From a virus (lineage: Duplodnaviria > Caudoviricetes): DNA of 64,000 bases. The stretch spans positions 142,670-206,669 of IMG/VR virus record IMGVR_UViG_3300010352_000625. One strand, given 5' to 3'. The position numbers and the translations under genes were made by a program. The notes beneath the pieces were generated by a model. It did no database searches. It saw only the letters and a program-made list of their open reading frames with translations, and was not told where the DNA came from. Numbering within the stretch: the stretch's first letter is position 1; the number at the start of each line of letters is the position of its first letter. Positions 16,369-25,720 of the stretch are shown here, in pieces.

Positions 16369-16554
16369 CTATTCCTTTTTAGGTCTTGGACCATCCAAAT
16401 CTTCCCACTCATATAATTTATTATATTTATCTTCATATTCTTTACGGTAACAATCTCTACAACAGTATTTACCAGATAACCAGCGCATTTCACCATAATA
16501 CTCTAAGTTACCACAATATTTGCATTTTACTATTTCTTTCATTTCTGAATTCAT
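16369..16554 (-). CDS. Small zinc-finger protein
   Basis: CKYC...CCRDC; AGGAG RBS. Confidence 0.65.
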   Translation of the reverse strand: MNSEMKEIVKCKYCGNLEYYGEMRWLSGKYCCRDCYRKEYEDKYNKLYEWEDLDGPRPKKE

Positions 16555-16604
16555 AGTACTATCAACTCCTGAATTAATATCAATCCATATAATAATTTAT
16601 GAAT

Positions 16605-16680
16605 TGGTGTCCACGAAAGGATTTGAACCTATGTCTGTGGCTTATCGGGCCACTGCTCTAGCCTATTGAGCTACGTTTCG
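16605..16680 (-). pseudogene. tRNA-Ile(GAT) with damaged 5' acceptor strand
   Basis: GTGGC-CCGATAA-GCCAC and intact T arm/CCA, but 5' CGAAACG pairs only 3 bp with CGTGGAC. Confidence 0.7.
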
Positions 16681-16923
16681 TTATTGTTCAGAAAAATATG
16701 TTTCAATACCTGCTTGATTAAGAATACGACACATAAATATTTTTTCATTATCATTGTTGCAAATATCATGTAAATCATCGTCATCCATACGTTCAATTTC
16801 TTCTTTAAATTCTTTGACCGCCTTATTATAATAGTCTTTTGCTTCTTTTTCAGAATCAAATACTTCAAAAATACTACCGCAAACACTTAAATTACAAACA
16901 ACCAGATATCTTTCCTTTTCCAT
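16681..16923 (-). CDS. Hypothetical acidic protein
   Basis: ORF with GGGGA RBS. Confidence 0.6.
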   Translation of the reverse strand: MEKERYLVVCNLSVCGSIFEVFDSEKEAKDYYNKAVKEFKEEIERMDDDDLHDICNNDNEKIFMCRILNQAGIETYFSEQ

Positions 16924-16952
16924 TATTATAATCCCCTTTATAATTTAATAAA

Positions 16953-17039
16953 TGGCGGAGGGTACAGGAATCGAACCTGCAAGGGCTATTAACCCGCTGG
17001 TTTAGCAAACCAGTGTCTTATCAATTAGACTAACCCTCC
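16953..17039 (-). tRNA. tRNA-Ser(GCT)
   Basis: Loop TTGCTAA; variable arm; G73; CCA. Confidence 0.92.
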
Positions 17040-17087
17040 ATATTAATAGAATTTCTCTCTAAATTTATAATTTGTCAAATGTTTTAT

Positions 17088-17477
17088 TTAATTTTCTCTA
17101 ATTCTTTTATGAATTATCAATTTTTCTTTTGGTATAATATCATGATACTCAAAAGAATATCCGCTGTTATCAATAATATTAGAATCTAGAAATAATTTAG
17201 ATTTATCTAAATCTTTTATATCTATTTTTAAGATAGTAATATCATCAAACAATTCGTCATTAATATCTTCATTATCTATACTCATAATAAAATCGTAAGC
17301 CATTTCAGCATCAATTGTTAAATACACTCTGTCATTTAGTGAATCTGACCAATTCAATTGGTTAGTTTTTCCACCTAGCCCATATTTTTTGATATTTTTC
17401 AAATTAGCTGTGAATGTGGCATGATATAAATATTCAACAATATTATCTAAATATAAATCTAATTCGCTTGGATTCAT
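17088..17477 (-). CDS. ADP-ribosyltransferase/Tpt1-like fold protein with PSELD tag
   Basis: LYHAT..NL..I...GL, VYLT, ILKID, IIP. Confidence 0.6.
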   Translation of the reverse strand: MNPSELDLYLDNIVEYLYHATFTANLKNIKKYGLGGKTNQLNWSDSLNDRVYLTIDAEMAYDFIMSIDNEDINDELFDDITILKIDIKDLDKSKLFLDSNIIDNSGYSFEYHDIIPKEKLIIHKRIREN

Positions 17478-17496
17478 TTATTGAACTCCTTAATTT

Positions 17497-17904
17497 TTAT
17501 TTGATGTCGAAATACATAACAAATTGATCTTCAAATTTCTTTTTATATTTACTCCAACATTTTTCACGCCATTCATTGGCATATTCAGAATCTGTAGCAG
17601 TCAAGGTTTTTAGTATTTTTTTCGGACAATCTATCGCATTAGGTCCATCTTCCTCACCAAGTGTTTTTACCATTAGTTCTCCATCAATTAAATGAAATAA
17701 ACTCACTACTGCTATTACTTTACCAGTTTCTTTCTCTCTCGCTGATATATACAAAACATTCTTTTTTATAGCATAATCATCTATGTTAAATCTTCCTGTT
17801 TCGTCACCATTTACTCGTACTACATAATCTTTAGCATAAGATTTAATTTTACCATACATTGTTCTTTCATTAGTATACATATTGCCTTCACCATACCAAC
17901 CCAT
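17497..17904 (-). CDS. Hypothetical early protein (DUF6927-like)
   Basis: MGW start; E..GP...DCP..IL..LT...YA.EWR..C. Confidence 0.6.
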   Translation of the reverse strand: MGWYGEGNMYTNERTMYGKIKSYAKDYVVRVNGDETGRFNIDDYAIKKNVLYISAREKETGKVIAVVSLFHLIDGELMVKTLGEEDGPNAIDCPKKILKTLTATDSEYANEWREKCWSKYKKKFEDQFVMYFDIK

Positions 17905-18003
17905 CTAAATACCCTCTTTCAATCTTTGATATATATATTATAACATGATTTAGAGATAAATACAAGTAGGCAGAAAGTATGAATTTTAAATTAAATATTA
18001 AAT

Positions 18004-18075
18004 TGGTGGAACTACAGGGAATCGAACCTATATCATTACAATTAACATTTGTGATAACGAACTATCATCGACCCA
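18004..18075 (-). pseudogene. Degenerate tRNA-like remnant
   Basis: T arm GGTTCGATTCC and 3' ACCA present; 5' part does not form a cloverleaf. Confidence 0.4.
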
Positions 18076-18101
18076 CTTATTATTAAATATTAAATATCTA
18101 T

Positions 18102-18182
18102 TGGACTCCTTGATGAGATTTGAACTCATATTTACATCCAGTTACCTTACTCATGGTTCGTAGCCATGGGGGATACAAGGAG
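18102..18182 (-). tRNA. tRNA-Arg(ACG)-like RNA lacking a conventional D arm
   Basis: CTCCTTG/CAAGGAG acceptor; 7-nt link to CATGG-CTACGAA-CCATG; long variable region; perfect T arm; CCA. Confidence 0.75.
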
Positions 18183-18192
18183 ATTTTTACAT

Positions 18193-18267
18193 TGGTAGGT
18201 CTAATTAGAATCGAACTGATATCTTCTGTTTAAGAGACAGATTTTCTATCCATTGAATTATAGGTCC
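18193..18267 (-). tRNA. tRNA-Lys(CTT), copy 1
   Basis: TCTGT-CTCTTAA-ACAGA; acceptor has two mismatches. Confidence 0.82.
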
Positions 18268-18287
18268 ATTTTCTAACTAAAATTTAA

Positions 18288-18617
18288 TTAATCTTTTATT
18301 TCATACAATTTTACACAATCATTTTTATCATCATTAATTACATAATAAGTTCTCATTTTAATCCAATCATTATGTATCAATATATAATCAACAAATTCAT
18401 CATCAATTTTAATTGCTGGGTCTGGCTTAGCCAAATCCGATAGATAAATTACATCATTCTCATAAATTTTATTAATATTTGTTGGATAAAATCTAGGCAT
18501 TAAAATATAAGCTTCGTCAAAAGCATTTTTATATATATGACTAGGTTTTGGAACTTCAAGTGTGTAATCAGTTATAACTTCTGATATATGATTTTTTATT
18601 TTTACAACTTTCAGCAT
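18288..18617 (-). CDS. Hypothetical protein
   Basis: AGGAG RBS; upstream promoter. Confidence 0.65.
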   Translation of the reverse strand: MLKVVKIKNHISEVITDYTLEVPKPSHIYKNAFDEAYILMPRFYPTNINKIYENDVIYLSDLAKPDPAIKIDDEFVDYILIHNDWIKMRTYYVINDDKNDCVKLYEIKD

Positions 18618-18746
18618 TTTATTCTATCTCCTTATATTTATTATTTTGTTTCAATAAATATATTATATCATATTCCAGAGATAATACAAGTCTTTTATTT
18701 GTCAACTTAAAATATATATGTTATCAGATTGTAATTATTAATTTAT

Positions 18747-18820
18747 TGGTAGGTCTAATTAGAATCGAACTGATATCTCCTGTTTAAGAGACAGATTTTC
18801 TCCCATTGAATTATAGGTCC
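18747..18820 (-). tRNA. tRNA-Lys(CTT), copy 2
   Basis: Near-identical to 18193-18267. Confidence 0.82.
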
Positions 18821-18826
18821 ATATAT

Positions 18827-19423
18827 TTATAACATTTTATTAATACATTTAATTTGATTATTATTAAATACTACATAAGATTTATTTTTATATTCAATAT
18901 CTCTATTTATAATTATACCATCGTACCCATCATATTTAATATTATTAACAAATTTATTCGCTATTTTTTTACATTGATTTGCAGTGAAACTTGAAGAAAC
19001 ATTAATTTCTTCAATATCAAAACCAATTTGGGCTCCAATATATGTTAATTCATCTGCTAAATCATTATTGTCTTGAAAATAATAAGGATTTTCAATTTTT
19101 AAAAAACAATATTTAGCAAAATCACCCCAAATTAATTCATCATTAAACCAATAACCAATATATGCTGTACTAGCATATCCTATAGAATTAGCATTATCAA
19201 TAGTATTTAAACCAAGTTTTTTTCTATTAAACTTTTTAAAATCATTATCACTGCTATGACATACTAATAATGGATTATTATTAGTATCAATTACTTTAGA
19301 ATTATTAAACCAAACTTTAAATTGTTTAGTATTTATTATTTTTTTAATATTATCATTATTATAATAATTATAATTTGATAGTATTATATCACAATCATTA
19401 GGTTTAAACATATTGTACACCAC
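18827..19423 (-). CDS. ART-PolyVal-like ADP-ribosyltransferase domain protein with KPNDCD tag
   Basis: FKVWF..SKV.D...PL...H; GYDGII; YVVF...QIK. Confidence 0.65.
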   Translation of the reverse strand: MVYNMFKPNDCDIILSNYNYYNNDNIKKIINTKQFKVWFNNSKVIDTNNNPLLVCHSSDNDFKKFNRKKLGLNTIDNANSIGYASTAYIGYWFNDELIWGDFAKYCFLKIENPYYFQDNNDLADELTYIGAQIGFDIEEINVSSSFTANQCKKIANKFVNNIKYDGYDGIIINRDIEYKNKSYVVFNNNQIKCINKML

Positions 19424-19454
19424 CGTAAAAATTAATTACTAATTTGTATATTTT

Positions 19455-19901
19455 TTAATCTACTTTTTCAAACATTTCTTCTGGACCAGAAAATTTATTA
19501 AAAAATACATGTGGAACTAGATATTCGTCAACCTCGAAATCATATCCCATTATTCTGTTAGGACCTGCATATGTAAAAACAGTTCCTTCTGGAAAAAATA
19601 ACCATAATGCATTATCAATAATTTTAAAATATTTTGATATTAAATTTACATAATCCCATATTTCAGGGCTATAACTAGGACATTCATCAATTATATCACT
19701 AAACCGACCAAACGCCAAATCTTCCTTCAATGCATATTTATGCCCAAACTGCATAAATTGTTTTTTATGTGATGATGTTATAGTCAAATTTTTACTATTA
19801 TTATCATTATCTTTTTTAATACTATTAGACCAATTCTCTTTAGTAGTTTCGGCTAATAAAAAATCAATATCACTTGATTTTATATTTTTCATTATTATCA
19901 A
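19455..19901 (-). CDS. Hypothetical protein with KSSDID tag
   Basis: MKNIKSSDIDFLLAE. Confidence 0.6.
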   Translation of the reverse strand: MIIMKNIKSSDIDFLLAETTKENWSNSIKKDNDNNSKNLTITSSHKKQFMQFGHKYALKEDLAFGRFSDIIDECPSYSPEIWDYVNLISKYFKIIDNALWLFFPEGTVFTYAGPNRIMGYDFEVDEYLVPHVFFNKFSGPEEMFEKVD

Positions 19902-19946
19902 TCCTTATTATATAATTTAATTCATATAATTAAGTTTATTTTTTAA

Positions 19947-20144
19947 TTAATAATCATGTCTTATTCGTTCAGATAATATTTCTATTTGTGCTTGGAGACT
20001 GCCGCACATAAAAGCATATTTACCTTCAGGATTGTTATTTTTCGTTTTTTCTAGATTCTCAGCACGTTCGTACATTACATCTAGTTCTTCCAATATTTTC
20101 TTTTTAGTCATAAGTTTTGCCATAATATACACACTCTCTTTCAA
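19947..20144 (-). CDS. Hypothetical protein
   Basis: ORF downstream of a consensus promoter (~20158-20187). Confidence 0.55.
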   Translation of the reverse strand: MKESVYIMAKLMTKKKILEELDVMYERAENLEKTKNNNPEGKYAFMCGSLQAQIEILSERIRHDY

Positions 20145-20338
20145 TTGAGATTATATATATTATATCATGATATTATTAAGTTGTCAAGTACTAAATTTAA
20201 GCTTAATTTTCATCTAAAAATTTAATATAGTTTCCAACATATCTAATATATTCAATATGTTCCTTATTTTCTCTAACTATTTGTTCAATTTCAATTTCGT
20301 CAATTAACATTAGTTCACTTGACCAATCGAATTTAAGT

Positions 20339-20818
20339 TCAAACATTCTCATTTTTATTATCCCAATTCATATATTTAACTGTATTAATTAACAAATTTT
20401 TAATATCATCACTATAATTAAATCTATTTTGATTTATTTCAATTGATTTTATAATATCACCATCTTTAACTCTAGAACAAGAGGCTTTCCAGTCAGCTAA
20501 CATTTCCAACATTTGCAACATATTCATATCTTGTATTCCATTATCAAAATGTTCTGGATGATGGTCATTAAGTTTATAATGATGTATTAAAGCTGGTTGT
20601 AACTCTTTAAGCAACTGTTTGTATTCTTCACTATTATATTCAGCATCATGTAATCTATTAATACATTTATCAAACACTGAAGCTTGGTTATAATTTAATT
20701 TAGAAGCATCATGATTAATACCTCTATTCAATAAATCATGTATATATTTATTTATATTCTCACAGACAGATAGAATATGCTTTCTTGTTTCATTATTAGT
20801 ATTAGGGAAATCTTCCAT
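20339..20818 (-). CDS. HD-like protein (DUF5662-like)
   Basis: HDASK, HHPEHF, EMLADW. Confidence 0.75.
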   Translation of the reverse strand: MEDFPNTNNETRKHILSVCENINKYIHDLLNRGINHDASKLNYNQASVFDKCINRLHDAEYNSEEYKQLLKELQPALIHHYKLNDHHPEHFDNGIQDMNMLQMLEMLADWKASCSRVKDGDIIKSIEINQNRFNYSDDIKNLLINTVKYMNWDNKNENV

Positions 20819-20824
20819 TATATA

Positions 20825-21214
20825 TTATCTTTCTATCTTATTTGGGTATACATTTTCATTTGTTATTTCTGCCCATGTTCTTTTAACCTTATCTACATTA
20901 TCTTCAGTGTCAGTTTTCTTTTTATATATAATTATTTTTTTATAAAATGTAGTCATATCTATATCTCTATTATATTTATTAGATTCCATAAACACAATTC
21001 TCAAATCCTCATCTTGCTTATCTTCTAAATAGGATATTAATTGCAAACCCAATCTTACATCTAATCTTTCTTTAAGATTTTTAATATAATCTTCAGATTC
21101 ACTTAAATTATTACGATAAAAACTTTGAGTAGGTATATCAACATGACCAACTAGAGTATCTAATTCATCATATTTTTCTTTTATTCTTTCATAAAAATAA
21201 TAATCTTTATTCAT
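20825..21214 (-). CDS. Hypothetical protein
   Basis: AGGAG RBS. Confidence 0.65.
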   Translation of the reverse strand: MNKDYYFYERIKEKYDELDTLVGHVDIPTQSFYRNNLSESEDYIKNLKERLDVRLGLQLISYLEDKQDEDLRIVFMESNKYNRDIDMTTFYKKIIIYKKKTDTEDNVDKVKRTWAEITNENVYPNKIER

Positions 21215-21398
21215 TTATTCTGCTCCTTTATTTAAACATCTAACAATTGTTTTTAATTTATTTTTAAGTTCTAGTGCATCATCACTTAATTTAGTATCAT
21301 CTTCTTCACATATAAAAAATACTTCATTAAATGCATGATTGAAATCTGTTTGATTCTTTATCCAATCAACATCAAATCTAATAGTAACATTCATAATT

Positions 21399-21596
21399 TT
21401 ATTTACCTAACCATACCAATATAATAGCACTTATAATAACAATAACTATAACAAACAAAATAGAAATCCATATTGGTGATAATACCCACCACCAAGACCA
21501 GGTTATTTTACCCAGTAATTTAAGCACTATAAATACTATAGTTAAAAGACCAGCAAAACCTATACCACTACTACTGTTATTATTAATTATATTCAT
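21399..21596 (-). CDS. Small two-TM protein (common phage family)
   Basis: GIGF.GLLTIVFIVLKL.G.I.WSWWWVLSPIW. Confidence 0.8.
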   Translation of the reverse strand: MNIINNNSSSGIGFAGLLTIVFIVLKLLGKITWSWWWVLSPIWISILFVIVIVIISAIILVWLGK

Positions 21597-21609
21597 TTCT
21601 TAGTCTCCT

Positions 21610-22323
21610 TTAATATTCTCCTAATTTTACAATATCACGAAATAAAAATCTAATGTTAGCTTTACTATTTATCTTATCTCCATGAAAATGACCACAATAC
21701 CACTTGTCAAAATTCACTTTATTATATATATGTTGTAGCCAATGCTCAGTTGAATTGTCAACTCTATTTTGATTAATCATAGGCAGAAACTATTCAGTAG
21801 GTCTAAAATCATAAGGGCATGTATGAGATATAACATAATCTATATTCCAATTGTTATCTTCTAGTTGCTTCTCTACATAATTTTTAATTTCTTCTGATGG
21901 TTGTTCATTCTCCCACCAGTTATAACCTCGTTCTAATCTATAATATTTATCAACACTATATGCCCCACCTATAGCAATACATCTTTTATTAGTAGTATCA
22001 GTTATCGGTAGATTATATATTTCACCATCAATAGCAAATATTATATTAGGATACTCATCTTCTGCTAATGCTGTACCACCATAAAACTCAATCTCTTTAT
22101 AAGTATTGATATTAGTTGCTCTTGCTTCGTGATTACCATGTATATTAAATATCTTAATATTCAAACTATTTAATTTAGTTTTACATTCTTTAGTAAACTG
22201 ATGATTATTATCAAAGTAATTTATACCTGAATCCCCAGCAATTATCATCATATCATTTTTATTGAATTTTGATTTATATAATCTATGAAAATCACCATGT
22301 GTATCTCCAGTAATGTATATCAT
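21610..22323 (-). pseudogene. Calcineurin-like metallophosphoesterase with in-frame TAG at 21790-21792
   Basis: GDTHG, AGD, GNHE, SHTCP before the stop; frame continues FLPMINQ..WYCGHFH (motif V) after it. Confidence 0.85.
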
Positions 22324-22387
22324 ATACTCACTCCTTTTAACTGTATAATTATATCATACTTTTATATTTATGTCAATAGACAAAAAA

Positions 22388-22412
22388 AATACACCCAGTG
22401 AAGGGTGTATTT
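22388..22412. terminator. Intrinsic terminator
   Basis: AATACACCC-loop-GGGTGTATT hairpin with adjacent A/T run. Confidence 0.7.
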
Positions 22413-22458
22413 ATGTATATACAATTCTCATTTACTACTGAGAAACATCTTTATATAT

Positions 22459-22800
22459 TTATTTTTCTCTATCAACTATTAAATTTAAAGTATTTTCATT
22501 TTCTATCAACTTATTAATAGTCTCAGCAGATACTCTCAAATTACTTATAATATCTTTTAACTCTCTATATTCATAAGATGAAGAATCAACTCTAGGTATT
22601 AAATATTTATTTATATATATATAACAACTATTAAGATATCCTATGCACTCCTTATATTTTTCAATTCTAATTTCTTTTTCCATTTCTTTCGCTTTTTCTT
22701 CTAATACTCTTGTAAATTCTTTTTTATTTTCGTCATCTGAGATATCTTTTACATAATTACTAATAATACTATTTAAATCATTTGGTTTAATATTTTTCAT
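22459..22800 (-). CDS. Hypothetical protein with KPNDLN tag
   Basis: MKNIKPNDLNSII; IPRVDSSSYEYRE. Confidence 0.7.
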   Translation of the reverse strand: MKNIKPNDLNSIISNYVKDISDDENKKEFTRVLEEKAKEMEKEIRIEKYKECIGYLNSCYIYINKYLIPRVDSSSYEYRELKDIISNLRVSAETINKLIENENTLNLIVDREK

Positions 22801-22990
22801 TAATTATCACTAACTCCTCTATTATGTTTTTTATTAAATCTAGCTAATGCAACTCGTTCTATAACTTCTAATATTTCAGCATTTATTTGGTTTAATATTT
22901 TTCATTAATTATCACTAACTCCTCTATTATGTTTTTTATTAAATCTAGCTAATGCAACTCGTTCTATAACTTCTAATATTTCAGCATTTA
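22781..22990. repeat. Exact 105-bp tandem duplication
   Basis: 22781-22885 = 22886-22990; spans a gene junction. Confidence 0.9.
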
Positions 22991-23177
22991 ATAGATAAAC
23001 AGGTCTATTTCTTTCAACACAAAATTCTTCAATTAATCCTTTTATATCTTCTTCTTTTTCTGCTCTTGATCCAGCATAATGAGATATAATTCTGATATCA
23101 GAATTTATTTTATGATAATCTCTAGGATGAATATCTTTCAAGCTTTCAAGTTCACTAATATCTTCAAACTGTCTCAT
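22905..23177 (-). CDS. Hypothetical protein
   Basis: ORF in operon. Confidence 0.6.
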   Translation of the reverse strand: MRQFEDISELESLKDIHPRDYHKINSDIRIISHYAGSRAEKEEDIKGLIEEFCVERNRPVYLLNAEILEVIERVALARFNKKHNRGVSDN

Positions 23178-23183
23178 TATTTA

Positions 23184-23624
23184 TTATATCTTCTCTTTAA
23201 TTAAAGTATACAGTATTGTAAAAGATATTTGTCTCATGAAATAATTAAGTTCTCTTACAATAAAAGGAGGTTCTATATTAGCATCTGTACTAGAAAATTC
23301 AAGTTTATCTAATTTAAAATTAGATGAAAAAATACACGTAGTAACAAAATTCCAACAATATTTATCATCTTTAGATCCTAAGAATTTATTTATTACTGCT
23401 GTAGCTTCATCTTCAAAACTTAATTCAATATATTTATCTAAACTATTTACTTCTTCTTTATAATACTCAGATTCATTTTCATAGCTATCTTCAATATTTT
23501 CTTCTATTTCTACTTTCATATTCTTAACTAGATTTATTATATCAGTGTCATTAAAACTTGAATTCATAGTTTGTTCACTAAGTATACTGTTTAACCTCTT
23601 AATTATATCATCTTCTTTTTTCAT
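23184..23624 (-). CDS. Hypothetical protein
   Basis: AGGAG RBS. Confidence 0.65.
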   Translation of the reverse strand: MKKEDDIIKRLNSILSEQTMNSSFNDTDIINLVKNMKVEIEENIEDSYENESEYYKEEVNSLDKYIELSFEDEATAVINKFLGSKDDKYCWNFVTTCIFSSNFKLDKLEFSSTDANIEPPFIVRELNYFMRQISFTILYTLIKEKI

Positions 23625-23652
23625 AAATTATATCTCCTTTTATTTAATTATT

Positions 23653-24120
23653 TTAAATTTTTATGTAGTCTACATGTTTAAATGGTTTTAACATTTCTTC
23701 TGATATGTGAACTGTATAATTATCATTTTGATCATATATAAAAGTTCTATCTAAAATATCTTTAATTGAAGAATAACGTTTTAACAATATATCTTTTAAC
23801 TCATGGTCTCCAATTAATTGTCTAAATTCATCGTATGATATATTCCAATCTTTAATATAAAAACCAAAAGTTACATCATCAATTTGACCATTATAATAAA
23901 TTTTAACTGTATCTTTAATTGGAATAGTGGTACCATCTTTAAATTGACCAACTATTTGTATTTTAGTTGAATCCCATATTTCATCATTAAATTGTCTGAT
24001 AATTTTAAAATATTTAGGTTTATTATCATAACTTTTGATATTTTTAACATAATCTATTAATCCTGCTTCTACACTAATAAATTTATCTAAATCATTTGGT
24101 TTAACCATGTATAATATCAT
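23653..24120 (-). CDS. Hypothetical protein with KPNDLD tag
   Basis: MVKPNDLDKFISVE. Confidence 0.65.
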   Translation of the reverse strand: MILYMVKPNDLDKFISVEAGLIDYVKNIKSYDNKPKYFKIIRQFNDEIWDSTKIQIVGQFKDGTTIPIKDTVKIYYNGQIDDVTFGFYIKDWNISYDEFRQLIGDHELKDILLKRYSSIKDILDRTFIYDQNDNYTVHISEEMLKPFKHVDYIKI

Positions 24121-24142
24121 ATCCCTTTAATATATATTAAAT

Positions 24143-24513
24143 TGGTGGAGTTAGGGGGAATCGAACCCCCGTCCAGATAAAATTTGTTCAGATTATCTAC
24201 AAGTTTAGTTATTGTTAATTATTTTTAAAGTATATAGCAATAACAAATATACTTATGATATATACAGTCTAAGTGAACTAATTACAGTCTAAAGGCAGTA
24301 ATCTTTCTGTCTAAGTATAACTGTAACAATACTATAAGCGTTGCTGAACTGTATTATACTGACTTCTAAACTAGTTTACAGCTTATCATTTAGGTCAGTA
24401 CGGTTATGCCGCTAAAGCAAATTCGTTATTTGTTTTTTGTTGACAACTTTAAGGTGATTGTCTTCCCACTTGCAAATCTGTTTTAGTTTTATCGGTCGAA
24501 ACCAATTAACCCC
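24143..24513 (-). ncRNA. ssrA: tmRNA
   Basis: 5' GGGGTTAATTGGTTTCGAC; 3' GACGGGGGTTCGATTCCCCCTAACTCCACCA; tag frame ...TNNEFALAA*. Confidence 0.95.
24273..24314 (-). mobile_element. 42-bp left-end/right-end fusion of the tnpB element inside tmRNA
   Basis: TTAGACAGAAAGATTACTGCC (left end) joined in the hairpin loop to TTTAGACTGTAATTAGTTCAC (right end). Confidence 0.85.
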
Positions 24514-24543
24514 ATATATATTAATTTGTTAATTAACTTCATT

Positions 24544-25023
24544 TTATTTAGGCCAAATATACTCTAAATTATCAGATTCAGACCAACCGTATTGACTATA
24601 AAATAAATAATTTTTTCTTAATAAATTACTTCTATGTGAAGCATGAAATTTAATATCTCCAAACCAATAAGGTTTAGAATAATTAGTTTTATATAATACA
24701 TCTTCAGTTATGATTTTATTTTCTAATTCTGATATTAGATTTAATATTTTATTTTTACATGTATCTTTATATCCTCTATTTATCCACTCATTACATGTAA
24801 TAATAGCATATTCAGCTAAAGACCCTATATTATTTCTCCACATCAATCTAGCTGGGTGATTAGTCCAACCTTTCTTTTTATAACTAGGTAAAAAAGTAGA
24901 TATTAACTGCATCGCTTCAACTCTTTGTTTACCGAGCCTTCTATAATCTAGTACTCTAGCGGATAATTTAAAATCAGCATAAGGTAAAAAAGTTTGTATT
25001 TTAATACCACCTTTCGATTTCAT
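24544..25023 (-). CDS. Pyrimidine-dimer DNA glycosylase-like (MSMEG_6728/DenV-like)
   Basis: QTFLPY.DF..SA..LD.RRLGKQRVE; HPA..MW; SHRSNLLRK. Confidence 0.82.
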   Translation of the reverse strand: MKSKGGIKIQTFLPYADFKLSARVLDYRRLGKQRVEAMQLISTFLPSYKKKGWTNHPARLMWRNNIGSLAEYAIITCNEWINRGYKDTCKNKILNLISELENKIITEDVLYKTNYSKPYWFGDIKFHASHRSNLLRKNYLFYSQYGWSESDNLEYIWPK

Positions 25024-25107
25024 TCATAATAATATTACTTTCGTTTATATATATTAATATTATATCATATTTTAGAAATAAATGCAAGTCTTTTATTTGT
25101 AACAATA

Positions 25108-25141
25108 CAAAAAGATGTAAACTTATTGTCTACATCTTTTT
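25108..25141. terminator. Intrinsic terminator (related copy at ~38965-38999)
   Basis: AAAGATGTAAAC-loop-GTCTACATCTTT. Confidence 0.7.
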
Positions 25142-25176
25142 ATTGAACTATAGTTTAATTATTAGTATATAATATA

Positions 25177-25380
25177 TTAATTTAAAGCTGTACCACCATT
25201 AGTGATAGACCAGATTTTATCACAACCATCACCATCCCAAAAAACAGTAACAGGTTCATGTTCAGTATCAATTACAATATTAAAACTGCGGTCATCATTA
25301 CTTTTATTGTTGATAGCAGATAGAATTTCTATCATTTTATCCGGTTCATATTCATTAGTAGAATATGTTATTATTAACAT
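25177..25380 (-). CDS. Hypothetical protein
   Basis: ORF; FWDGDG.DKI motif. Confidence 0.55.
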   Translation of the reverse strand: MLIITYSTNEYEPDKMIEILSAINNKSNDDRSFNIVIDTEHEPVTVFWDGDGCDKIWSITNGGTALN

Positions 25381-25394
25381 CTTTTTTGTCTCAT

Positions 25395-25652
25395 TTATTT
25401 AACATCTTTATATTTCTGAAGTTCTTTTTGTAGTTCGATTATTTCATGTCTTAATGCGCCAGTTTCATTGACTAAAGATTTATACACTAAACAAATTTGT
25501 TTAGGTGTGCAATCTGGGTCATATATTTCTCCATGCTCAAAACAATCATCGCAATTCAGTATATCTCTAGCCTCATCAATATCTTTAGCTTCAATATAAC
25601 CTTCATCTGGCACTTCTGGACATACATAAAGTTTTATTATTTCATTATTCAA
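25395..25652 (-). CDS. Hypothetical protein
   Basis: ORF in operon. Confidence 0.55.
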   Translation of the reverse strand: MNNEIIKLYVCPEVPDEGYIEAKDIDEARDILNCDDCFEHGEIYDPDCTPKQICLVYKSLVNETGALRHEIIELQKELQKYKDVK

Positions 25653-25720
25653 TTACTATCACATCACTTTAATTCTTCTAATATTTTAGATTCATAAATT
25701 GCTAATCTGTTTATTACTAC

